This document shows, in pieces, positions 36,394 through 47,100 of a stretch of 64,000 bases of DNA. A program made the translations under genes and the position numbers. The stretch's first letter is position 1; each line of letters opens with the position of its first letter. The stretch comes from a virus (Duplodnaviria > Heunggongvirae > Uroviricota > Caudoviricetes): IMG/VR virus record IMGVR_UViG_3300032007_000008; one strand, 5' to 3'. The notes under the pieces were generated by a model that was given only the letters and a program-made list of their open reading frames with translations, was not told where the DNA came from and searched no databases.

Positions 36394-36903
36394 TCATGCT
36401 TCCATAGATGCTTTTATACTGCTAATCTTAGAAAGCCTATCGGAAACCTTTATTATATGCTGGTTCGAACTTCCAACCCACGGAAGGTCAACGCTTCTCA
36501 AAGACTCGACATACTCTCCATCGATTATGACATCTGCGTACTTCAATATGTCACGCATGGTTTCATCATCGACAATTTCGTCCCAACGATAGCCAGTATA
36601 CACACATATGCTCTTTTCCGGAAACCTCTCCTTGACCTCCTTCGCGAAATCTATGACCTCTTTTCGATTTGCCTCAAATAAGGGGTCTCCTCCGCTAAAG
36701 GTAATCCCCGCGCACCAGTCTTTCGCAAGCTCTTCGAATATCTCGTTTTTTGCATTGTCGTCAAATCTAACTCCGCTCGACGGGTCTTGTGAATATGGAT
36801 TTTGACATCCCTTGCAGTTGTGAGAGCATCCAGAAACCCACAATACTACCCGCAAGCCGTCATAATTGAGTTGGTCGCATTTGGATATAGTGAGATAGTT
36901 CAT
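36394..36903 (-). CDS. nrdG: Anaerobic ribonucleotide reductase activating protein
   Basis: GLRVVLWVSGCSHNCKGCQN (CxxxCxxC), GITFSGGDPL, IIDGEY and GSSNQ motifs. Confidence 0.96.
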   Translation of the reverse strand: MNYLTISKCDQLNYDGLRVVLWVSGCSHNCKGCQNPYSQDPSSGVRFDDNAKNEIFEELAKDWCAGITFSGGDPLFEANRKEVIDFAKEVKERFPEKSICVYTGYRWDEIVDDETMRDILKYADVIIDGEYVESLRSVDLPWVGSSNQHIIKVSDRLSKISSIKASMEA

Positions 36904-36904
36904 C

Positions 36905-39079
36905 TTACATCGACTTTCTTTCGGAGAACTCGACAAGCTTGTGGTCGGAATACATGGTGCGTCCACGAACCTTGGAATATGAGAGATACCCGTTCATGCG
37001 CTCAATTCTTGTTATGTGCTCGCTTCCGCATTTTGGGCAAGTGTCGGAATCCGTGAACGAATGGCCGCAATCTTCACAGAAGTCAAGCTCGAAGTTTATT
37101 CCTTCGTAGAATCCCATCTTCATAGCCCGTCTAACGAGAGTCTTTATGGCTTCCTTGTTATAGCTGAGACGGTACCTCACATACTGTATGTGGCCTCCAT
37201 TGCATAGATGGAACATCGGATATTCTATGTCCTGTTTCTCTATGGGGGTTATGTCATCCCTTACGCAGCAATGGAAAGAATTTGTGGTGTACTCGTGGTC
37301 TGACACGTCTTTTATTATTCCATACTTTGCACGGAACTGCTCGACCTGTGTATGGCACAAAGACTCTCCTGGAGTTCCATATACGGCATACAGTATTCCG
37401 TCAATCTTTTTGTACTTGTCGGCATATTCGTTTATGTGCTTCATCACGGATATAGCCCACGAATTGTCTTTTGCGATAGACTTTCCAGTTTCGAGAATTG
37501 AAGCTTCATTAAGACCCATTATGCCAAAGCTTATCGTCATCGGCTTTAGGAAATCCAGCCCAAGCTCGTCCTCAGGGTTAAGATGCCCTCCGTAAAACCC
37601 TCCTTGACAGAACCCCAGCGGATTTACGCCTGCTTTTAGATGCGAAAGGTATTCGACCGTTCTCTTGTGGATTCCCCTCGCCATGTCGAGATAATAGTCG
37701 AGAACCTCGAAAAAGTCCTTCTCCTCTTTCTTTGCCTTCGCCACAATCATTATGAAATTCAGAGAGATTGCTCCCATATTAAACCTTCCGTCGAACACTG
37801 GGTAGTCTTCATCGTCGGCTGGCGACATTCCTCCACGAACATACCATGCGGAAGTTGCAGCTCTGCATCCCATCTTCGATACCGCAACTCCATATTTCTT
37901 GTACATGGACGGAGTGAAACCGTCGCCTGTCAGCGATATGAAATCCGGGTACATGGCTTTGGACGAGCAGTCTATCGCCTCGTCGAACAGCCACTCAAGC
38001 GGCTTGCCCTTTCCGTGAAGATTTTCGTCATAGAAAAAGCTTAGCTTTGGAAACAGAACGGGATGCTTGAAGCCAACCTTACCCTGTCCGCCCTTGCGCA
38101 CTTCCATAACGACAGAAGAACACAGCGTTTCAAAACGTCCGGTGCCTATTCCAAAAGTTATGGCGGTGAATGGATAGTCTCCACGTGACGATGCTACTGA
38201 ATTGAACTTCATCTCCCAGCTCTGGAAACCTTGCTCGAAATCCCTCTTCACCTTTTTCATCGCATATTCGTCTGCAAGCTTGCGTATTTTTTCCGTCGTG
38301 TCCTCGTCGCCCTCCTTCTGCCACAGCGTCTGGTTTAGGTTGTTGTAGCTCTGCCAAAACTCGGACACGTACATATCATATGATTTCTGCGCATATGGTG
38401 CTAGAAGTTTATCCACCTGCGGAATCGTGAAACCTCCGTATTGGCATGATGCGGCATTCATCGTAACGTCGCCTATGAGGTCGAATGCGACAGCAAGAGT
38501 CTTTGGCTCGGAATAGTCCAGGTTTCCCATGAAAAATCCTCCTTCAAGAAGAGATTTCATGTCAAAGATGCAGCAATTCATAGTGTCAAGACGAGAACCA
38601 CGGTCATGGATGTAGATGTATCCGTCCGACATCGCACGTTCTTCCCTTGTCGTAAGGAAGAACTTCTTGTAAAGCTCGCTGTTAAGCTCGTTGTACACTA
38701 TCGCCTTCTTGGTCGTTACGAGAGACGAATCGGCATTAGCGTTGCTCCTGTCTCCGACAAAGTTCAGACTTAGCTTCTTGGAATATACCTTGTCCAACAT
38801 GGAAGCGAACTGCGACTTGTTATCCCGATACTCCCTGTAGGATTTCGCAACATTCTGATTTACCGAATCCAGCGCAACTTCAACCATATTGTGTACGGTG
38901 GAAACAGGAACGGCTGTTTCGTTGTACTTCAATTGATTCCTTACGGAATCAACAACTTTCTTTTCGTCTTTGTCGGATAGCTGAACGCAAACACGCTCAG
39001 CGGACTTCCTTATAGCTCTCTTGATTTTCTCGCCATTAAACGGCTGCTCTTCACCGTTCTTCTTAAGTATTTTAGTCAT
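36905..39079 (-). CDS. nrdD: Anaerobic (class III) ribonucleoside-triphosphate reductase with ATP cone
   Basis: N-terminal ATP cone, IYIHD, MNCC, MGCRA, YGTPGESLC, CxxC..CxxC and RMNGY glycyl-radical motif. Confidence 0.97.
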   Translation of the reverse strand: MTKILKKNGEEQPFNGEKIKRAIRKSAERVCVQLSDKDEKKVVDSVRNQLKYNETAVPVSTVHNMVEVALDSVNQNVAKSYREYRDNKSQFASMLDKVYSKKLSLNFVGDRSNANADSSLVTTKKAIVYNELNSELYKKFFLTTREERAMSDGYIYIHDRGSRLDTMNCCIFDMKSLLEGGFFMGNLDYSEPKTLAVAFDLIGDVTMNAASCQYGGFTIPQVDKLLAPYAQKSYDMYVSEFWQSYNNLNQTLWQKEGDEDTTEKIRKLADEYAMKKVKRDFEQGFQSWEMKFNSVASSRGDYPFTAITFGIGTGRFETLCSSVVMEVRKGGQGKVGFKHPVLFPKLSFFYDENLHGKGKPLEWLFDEAIDCSSKAMYPDFISLTGDGFTPSMYKKYGVAVSKMGCRAATSAWYVRGGMSPADDEDYPVFDGRFNMGAISLNFIMIVAKAKKEEKDFFEVLDYYLDMARGIHKRTVEYLSHLKAGVNPLGFCQGGFYGGHLNPEDELGLDFLKPMTISFGIMGLNEASILETGKSIAKDNSWAISVMKHINEYADKYKKIDGILYAVYGTPGESLCHTQVEQFRAKYGIIKDVSDHEYTTNSFHCCVRDDITPIEKQDIEYPMFHLCNGGHIQYVRYRLSYNKEAIKTLVRRAMKMGFYEGINFELDFCEDCGHSFTDSDTCPKCGSEHITRIERMNGYLSYSKVRGRTMYSDHKLVEFSERKSM

Positions 39080-39103
39080 AAATTCTCTTAAAGTCTAGCC
39101 AAT

Positions 39104-39111
39104 CTATTTAT
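39104..39111 (-). promoter_or_regulatory. Late promoter variant ATAAATAG upstream of nrdD
   Basis: One mismatch to CTAAATAG, about 25 nt from the ATG. Confidence 0.5.
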
Positions 39112-39181
39112 TCGTCGAAGAGGCTAAAAACGTGTCAACATTTGAATTCAGATGTAAGCATAAGAAGCATTTTTGTCAACA

Positions 39182-39625
39182 TCAGTTTCCTATCTCAACA
39201 CAATCTTGAACCGCAACTTTCGGTATGGAGACATCGCCCATTCCAACAAGAAAAGGTGAATCGTTCCTGTTGTTCACGACAACCTTGAAACTTATCTCCT
39301 TGCCAGTTTTTGAAGATTTCTCCATAGCCCATCTTACCATACCGAGCATTGCCATAACCTGCGCTCCTGTAGGCGCATCAGTAAGAAAATTAACTGGAAT
39401 AACCTTTGGAGGAAGAGCTATGTCGTTCAGCTTGTTCCCTGCGGAAGATATAAAATCACGCATTTCTGGGTCTATCTGCATCAAAAGTGCAGTTTCCTGT
39501 TCCCTAACCCCTTCATCAAGCTGCTCAATGTCAGAAAGCATGCCAAAATCATAATCCTGATTTTCATCCGTATTCTTTCCAACTATGCTTTTATAGGCTT
39601 TTACTATAGTGTCTTTGAAACCCAT
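39182..39625 (-). CDS. Hypothetical protein (147 aa)
   Basis: ORF with a sigma70-type promoter whose -10 lies 7 nt before the ATG. Confidence 0.7.
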   Translation of the reverse strand: MGFKDTIVKAYKSIVGKNTDENQDYDFGMLSDIEQLDEGVREQETALLMQIDPEMRDFISSAGNKLNDIALPPKVIPVNFLTDAPTGAQVMAMLGMVRWAMEKSSKTGKEISFKVVVNNRNDSPFLVGMGDVSIPKVAVQDCVEIGN

Positions 39626-39632
39626 GCAGCAT

Positions 39633-39661
39633 ATTATATCACAAATGCCATTTTAACGCAA
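39633..39661 (-). promoter_or_regulatory. sigma70-type promoter TTGCGT-17-TATAAT (extended -10)
   Basis: Exact spacing; geometry predicts a leaderless mRNA. Confidence 0.7.
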
Positions 39662-39665
39662 GAGC

Positions 39666-40394
39666 TTAAGACATCAAAGATGACAAAATCGATGCCGCGT
39701 CGAGAAGCTCCTTTGCAGCATACTCATCCGTCAGAAATTCTGGCATCTCAGCAGCATAATCCACACAAAACAATGCAACAGGTTTTCCGTCGAGACTTAC
39801 TATCGGAGCGTATAGCATGTGTTTTATGCCCCTAGACAGCAAAAATCCTCTTGTCGCAGTTGTCGTGACAGAATCCGTATCGACACGAAATACTCCATGG
39901 GTTGAATCGCTGTCCGCATTGAGCATCCGTATGCCATCTGCAATATCATTCTTGTCAAAAACAGGAGCTACAATCTGAATCACATTTGCTATGAGTATGT
40001 CTTTTGTCTTCTCGGCTATGGAGACTATTGCCGAATCAGTAGACTCGTGCGTAAGAGAGACTTTCCACACAGGAGCGTTGGTGGAAAATGCGGAACCGTC
40101 ATGAAAACGCAAAACATACGCCCTAGACGCTATGAGCTTTGCCCTATTGGACGTTACCAATCTTGCTATTTCCGATGATTTTGGTATGTCCGTTTCAATC
40201 CTGTCAACACTGTGGTCTATTATGCTTTCTATACGTCCAACCTTTTCCGATATGGTTTTAAGCACACTTCCTACTGACGACTCGAACTTGGCTCTGACGA
40301 AATATGATACTATCAACTCGCGTATGAACATAAGAAGGCATACCAAGGGAATGCCATATGCTAAAGCGCATTTTAATAGAAAAGTCACGGTCAT
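39666..40394 (-). CDS. Putative T4 T-like holin (N-terminal TM helix plus GAF-like domain)
   Basis: TM segment at residues ~5-30; RAYVLRFHDGS..SLTHE and LYAPIVSLDGKPVALFCVDY GAF-type strands; late promoter variant at 40425-40432. Confidence 0.6.
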   Translation of the reverse strand: MTVTFLLKCALAYGIPLVCLLMFIRELIVSYFVRAKFESSVGSVLKTISEKVGRIESIIDHSVDRIETDIPKSSEIARLVTSNRAKLIASRAYVLRFHDGSAFSTNAPVWKVSLTHESTDSAIVSIAEKTKDILIANVIQIVAPVFDKNDIADGIRMLNADSDSTHGVFRVDTDSVTTTATRGFLLSRGIKHMLYAPIVSLDGKPVALFCVDYAAEMPEFLTDEYAAKELLDAASILSSLMS

Positions 40395-40441
40395 GTCATC
40401 ATTAGTCTTTCAAATTGACAGATAATATTTAGGGTTGCCTG

Positions 40442-41122
40442 CTATTTTCTCGTCAGAAGGTTCCATACCACCTTAATCTGCTTCTGCGCATCTTGTACAC
40501 GACCGTTACGGCATATGACATATCCTGAACGATGATAGTACACATGAAACTCTTCATAGTTCTTGGGGGTCTCGGTCCTGTCAAAATTTATAACTCCGGC
40601 CGACACGAAATTGTCTTTGAAAAACTCAGGTTCTGTCGCAGGTTTGCTGTTTGCCGTCCTGAACGCCTTCTCCTCGTATCCTAGAGGAACGAAATAAACA
40701 TTCGAGTAGACGACATTATCAGGCGTGTCGGTAATCTTCTTTGCCATATTCTCCCCAAGTCCGACAAGAAACTCTCCGTGACTCCACTCATAGTTCTTGG
40801 AAAGCGGAAGTTTTCCTGTAAGCCTATAATTCTTCTTGTTTTCAATATTCAATGAAGATATTGCATCAAGTATCACCTTGTTGGTCACAACTGCATTTTT
40901 ATCTCCATCATCCGATATCAAATCGTCAACAGTGGCAAGCCTAACAACCCCCCATTGGCTAGGCGTCGCCTTCTGTATTGTCGTAGATATGTTTATCGCA
41001 CGTATGTTTTCGAGAAGCTTCATCATGTGCGCATTGAAATACGCATAAGTCAAAGGTTCGTCATTTCGTATCCTAACGTCCGATAGAGCATTGTTTGGTA
41101 ATCTATTTCTGCTGTCCCCCAT
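40442..41122 (-). CDS. Tail fibre/baseplate-associated protein
   Basis: KATPSQWGVVRLAT is a T4 gp12/gp34-type fibre repeat. Confidence 0.65.
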   Translation of the reverse strand: MGDSRNRLPNNALSDVRIRNDEPLTYAYFNAHMMKLLENIRAINISTTIQKATPSQWGVVRLATVDDLISDDGDKNAVVTNKVILDAISSLNIENKKNYRLTGKLPLSKNYEWSHGEFLVGLGENMAKKITDTPDNVVYSNVYFVPLGYEEKAFRTANSKPATEPEFFKDNFVSAGVINFDRTETPKNYEEFHVYYHRSGYVICRNGRVQDAQKQIKVVWNLLTRK

Positions 41123-44100
41123 TAGTATTCTCCTCCGCCGGTAAAATCAACATTTGTTACAGATTCGTATATTTTTCCTTCAACAGACTCATATAGTGCA
41201 TATTTGTATGTTCCACCATAAACTCGTCTTACTGGTATGAATTTTCTCTTAAGTATGTTGGATTCCCATATTTCACAGCCGTACAATCTCACTTTTGATA
41301 TATTGCTGTATTCATCGCCTACTTCAGAACTGTGAAGTGCGAACAACGCCATGGTTTTAGTACACCTAAACTTCGAGTAATTGGTGACTGAAGCCAAATT
41401 TGAAGACATTGCTCTACGATTGTTTACTATCAGATTAGACGTTATCGCATTTGCGTCAAGTATTATTTCGGAAATATTGTCGCTTTCCGTAAGACTTCCA
41501 ACAGTGTTTGTCTGAGCAATACCTTTTGTCACGGTGACATACGATGTTTGAAACGCGCCAACATTTGCAACTATTCTGTTGTCTGTTGACTGGTTCTTTA
41601 CGCCAAACCAATTACCAAGTCCCTTGCACCCAAAATATCCGCATTCGGTATTCGTGGAAAAAAGAATTCCGTTAAACTTCACTGTCGTATTGTGGCATGG
41701 GAAATAGAGTGTGTCAATTACAGCACCTCGTCCATTATAATTGTTGTCTATGTATTCGACTACATGCCAGTCAACACCATCAACAACGTAACTGTCCTTA
41801 TTCGACAATATTCTCAAACCGTACAGGTACACGCCATAACTAGAGTTAAACGTCTTTGCTGAAAACATCACCCAATCATCATAATGGTTGCGGTCAAGCT
41901 TAAACGTATAGCGGTATGGAACGCTTCCCGTAACAACGTCAGATGAAGTGATAAGTTGCGTATTAACCGTTGTATCAGACTTAGACCGATGTACAAGTGC
42001 GTTTCCGGACGCAGAGCTATTGGTAGTGGTATTTCCGTAGAACTTAGCATATATCTCGGCAATTGCCGTTCCTCCCTCTGGAAAACCTGACAGTGTTATT
42101 CCAGTTTCCGAATCGGTTGAGATAACGCCAAAAGACTTAAAACCGCCAATTGCATAATCAAGCTTGAATGGACTCAAATCCTCAGACGTGGAAGACACAT
42201 ATCTAAAATTCGTATGAAGTGTCGGGACATTCTTCAGAATTGATGCTGTATCATATGATTGCAGACAATCCTCAAACCGCTCAGATGAGAGATATGAATT
42301 CCAATCCATGCAACATGCAATACTGCTGTCAAGGCGCAGATTTTCAATGACACTGCTCCTGTTTATTTCTCCAATGCCAACAACACCTGAAAAAAGTTTA
42401 GTTCCATTTGTTCTCGTATTGTTATATCCAAGACGGTGGATGTTTGTCGTCGAAAGAGACAAAGACGACAGATTAAGGCTGTCTGTGCATCCATCGAACA
42501 TGTTGGAATACGAATAAAAGTTATTTTTATAGTCAATCAGAAGATATAGAGATGAAAGATTCTCAAGCGTGGCCATAGGGCAGTTTTCAAACATTCTCGA
42601 AACTCCCATATTTGCACGTGCTGGATACGAATTACTATCTTCTGCGAGTTCGGACTGGCATATTTTCAGTTCTGAAAGCGAGCCAAAATCAGAGTTATAG
42701 CATCCGCTAAACATGTTTTTCGCATCAACGGTTCCGTTTTCCGATGAAACAACTATAGAAGCTCCATCAGAAAAATCAAGTTTGGAATTTGAAAAAAGAA
42801 AATTAGAATATATGTCGTAACCTGCCAATACCGATACTGATGAAAGTTCTGAAGCACTTTCAGAAAATCCAGATGCGGCATTTACAGAAGAACCCCTAAT
42901 CGAAATATGGTCATTTTGGAAAAGATTGCCTGTATAGTTCACCGGCTTCTGTTCAGCCTTCAGACCTTTGCTTTCCATAATGTCAGTAGTACCATCTTTG
43001 GCAAACTTAAAATTCCTGAATATGTACTCATTCCCTTCTGATGACAATTTTATGTGAGGAATAATAACGCCATCTTTAGCATAGCTGCCATAGCAATAAT
43101 GAACAATTTTAATGGACGACAAACTATTTCCACTTGCAGTCCAATTAGCTTCTTTATTACCAGTACCTGAATATTTTGCAATACTAACGTAGCCGCCTCC
43201 CGTAAGCATTCCAAATATTTCGAAATACTCATAACTATTACTATTATACATGTTGCATGAACATGGTATAGACACAGATGTGACGTTGGAAGGAACGCCT
43301 ACAGTAAACACGGATGTAAGATAATTGGAAGTCGAATTATATTTCTTAAGACTGAATTTAGGGATTCCATATTCAGTATCGTCAGACTTATGCTTCAGGT
43401 ACAACGAGGCAACATTATCGAATGTGACAGAAGAAGAAGATTCGCCATTATTGAGCTTGATGCTTATTGACGGAGAAGCGTTGTCGGCAATATATCTGCT
43501 AAAAGACTTTCCACCGCAACGAATGACACCATTTGCAGTTATGTCAACGTTCGGTATATGCGCTAAACCTGAATCCCTAAACATATAAGACATGACAACA
43601 TCAGAGATTCCGTTGACATAAATGCCGCTGAGTTTTTCAAACGTTGCCATGTCGCATCCGTCAAACATCCTATAGAAAAGGTTATTCCATTCGGTATTTT
43701 TCGTTGACGACACAAACGAATTAGACGAAAGCGAATCATTTGTGTATTTCGCATTTATCCTTATGGACGAAAGATTGGAAAATGTCGCATTTTTACAGTT
43801 TGAAAATGCACAAACAGCATTGGCAATGTTGCCGCCTATGCTTGTCACATTCTCGAAAGTTGCCGATTGCAGGTTGTAGAACGCAAAAGGCATATTCACG
43901 GAACTTATATGCTTTAAGCCCTTAAACGTGGCGTTTGAATAGCTGTCATTATCGCAATATTTGTCTGTTGAACTTCTGTTCGCGCTTGTTGTTATTGTAT
44001 AAAGGTTGTTTCCATAAACTCTCGCATCACTATAATTTTTATTATTTGTGTATTCTGCTGGAGCACCGTCTGACTTATAGTATCTTAAGCTAGTGGAATA

Positions 44101-47100
44101 TTTCGATAGCATTGGGAGACAGAACATGCATGTCATGTTGTCGCCATCGAGTCCCGACAGAGAATCTAGGTCAACGTCATTTGTATATTGGGAAATCTGT
44201 TCTATTTCAGAATTGTATATCTTCATGAACGTCTTCGATATTCCGTCTGGAAGCTGAGAAGACGTATCCTTTCTAAGAGTATATCCATATGCGTCGGTGG
44301 ATGAATATGGAGCAAGTATGTTGGCAAATTCACAGCCTTCGGTAAACCACTTGCTAATGTCATCCTTAAGTCCAGAGAAATGGGTTTCCCGTGGATTTTC
44401 AGAGTTTCCACAGAAAAATGTATAGTTCTTGTTTCCGTCGCTCCAATATACTCCACTCCTGTCGATAATATGCGAAAAACAGTCAAACGTAAAATCTGAA
44501 CCCTCAAAATAGTCGGACGAAAGATTTTTAACGCTAAGCGTCAAATCGCAGTCGTTGCCTCTCATACTGGCAAATCTCGCGCCTTTCATCCAATCCGTGT
44601 GATTGTCTGCAAGCTTGTCTGAAAAATATACCGTTCCGCCCTTATAGTTAGGAGAATCGGTAGTAGAAGCAAACGCCATCGGTATTCCGCTGCTTGACAA
44701 TTCGGCGGAATGGTAGAACATTCTGTTCGCGCTCGTAAGCGTTGGCGGTATCATCACTATGGCTGAAGTAAGTGAAGCGTTTCCTCCAACTGTCACGTTC
44801 TCGTACATTCCGTCAGCCTTTTTCGCGGCATGCGGTATGTGCATGGAATATTGTGAATATTCAGGCATCGATGAGTCTACGTACTCTACGTTTCTGAACA
44901 GCCTTGTAGCCTTTTCGCCTCCCATATGCCTGTTGGTGAACATATACGACACGTCTGACACATTGCTTTCTCGCAAGGTATCTACTGTCACGGTAGAACC
45001 TTCTACTACTCTGCTGAGTATTCTCTCTATTCCGCGTCCGCCGTTGACATCAACGCCGAATATTCCATCGGAAAGATTGCGTGTTACGTTGTAGAACATA
45101 TAGGACGCGCTTTCGAGATTTTTTGGGAATATGCTATGGCCATATTTTACGAATACGCTTGGGGATGTCACGTTCCTGAACATGTAGTCCATTCGTCTGC
45201 ATGCCGTATTTTCATCGCTTGTCAGCATTCTGCTATCGGTCGAATCAAGGGACAGTACTCCAACCGTGTCGAACATTCCGTACATATCGCTGTTGTTTGC
45301 GAATACGTCTCCGCTTATGGATACATTTTCGGCATTTTTGAACGCATTTACCATATTTGCGTTCATTGGAGATTCTGTTCCTGTTCTATCTCCAAAAGAT
45401 TTTATCGTCACGGATGAAGCACCCTCGAAGATTCCCTCTCCGTCATAGAGAGAACGTCCAAGTGTTGCAAGCGTTACAGAATTACTACCGGCAAACATAT
45501 AGCCTGCCGAATTTAGCGAATTTAGCGTGTCCGTAATGTTAAGATTCAAGTTTTCGCATTCTCTGAACATCTCAGATGAATTCTTTAGCAAATCACCCAA
45601 TGAATGGAGATTGGAAAAAGTACCTTTGGTGCATCCATAGAACATCCTCCTGGCATCCACAGGTCCCTTTGCATTTGCATAGGTGTCTGCCCCTGTTCCC
45701 TTTATAGAAGCAAGACTTGAAAATGTCGATTTTTTGCATCCCTCAAACATGGATTGTGAGGAATATCCAAGATTTCCCATTCCCAATGTGGTTAATGCGT
45801 CAAACGTTGCATTTTCCAAAAAGATGAATGCGCTTGCGGCATTTGTCTGTCCGTTGTAGCCGCTCCATATCGATGCAAGAAGCTTGAATGTTGCGTTATC
45901 GCATCCTCTGAATATTTCCGTCATGTTTGCCGCGTTTCCGTCAATTGTTCCAAGTTTTGCAAACGTGGCCTTTGGGCAATTGAAGAACATCCTAGACGAA
46001 TCGCCGCATATCTTCAGAGTCTCAAGGTTTCCGAACTTTGAGTTTGCGCAACCATAAAACATAGAATCGCATCTGCTCGCCATTGGAAGCGCAACGGACG
46101 ACAGTGCATCAAACGACGCGGAAATGCATCCTTCGAACATCGATTCCACGGATATGGCCTTTGCAAGAGAAATCGATGATAGAGATTCGAATGTGGCGGA
46201 CTTGCAGCCTTTAAAGCAGTTCTTTCCGTTTCTCAAAACATTCGAAATATGCTCAAGCACAGGAAAAACGGCATTTTCGGAATTTTCAAACGCACTCTCG
46301 ACATCTTTTGCCTCATTAGCTGCAAGCTGTCCGTTATCGTAAGTGTCCAAATACTTGAACTTTGGCAGCGTAAGTGGTGTACCGTCAATCTCGCTTATAT
46401 TTTGCTGGAACCTGACAAAACTGGTCTTGCCGTTGGACTGCCCTAGTCCGATGGCATTATTATCGAACGCGACATCTGGAAGAGTGTATGTAAACACTAC
46501 AAAAAAGTTAAGCGAATATTCGGAATTGTCAAGCTTGACGTATGTTCCGTACTCTGCGTCTTCATCATCTTCAAGAATTCTTCCTGACGACTTGTCTATT
46601 CGTATTGATTCGGATGCGTCGTTCTTCGTTATGGATTTTAAAAGTATGCTGTTGTGGCTCTTATCAAGATATGTTATCTCCGTAGAGCATACATCTTCTA
46701 CCATGTCCATGTTTTCGGAGATTCTTTTTACTCCGCTTCCATATCCATTCGATATGCCGACAAACTTTATCTCGTCAACGTTCTGCATGTGAATCAGGTC
46801 GTTCGTGACATCTATCTGCAAAACATTTTCCTGTGTCATTCCATCATTGGCGGAGAACGTTATAGTTCCAAAACTCACGCCAAAGCCGGAGCACAGAAGA
46901 TACGACGTGTACTTGACTGTGGGTAGAAAATTGGATTCTATAGTGCAAGTTCCGTTTACGAATGGCCCGGCTTCTTCGCTTCCTAGCAAAGAAGAGAACA
47001 CCAATGGATATGTCGGCGAATACAATGTTTCGACAGTCGGAACGAATTCGTTGACAACGGTATCCATTCCATATTCGTAGAATCCTGTCGCAGAATTGGA

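Noticed and set aside
34792-36966. ORF-track N-terminal extensions of GT25, nrdG, gp4, ankyrin and the 13072 gene
   Set aside because: They overlap upstream genes or promoters. Downstream ATGs at stop-start junctions fit the family starts better.
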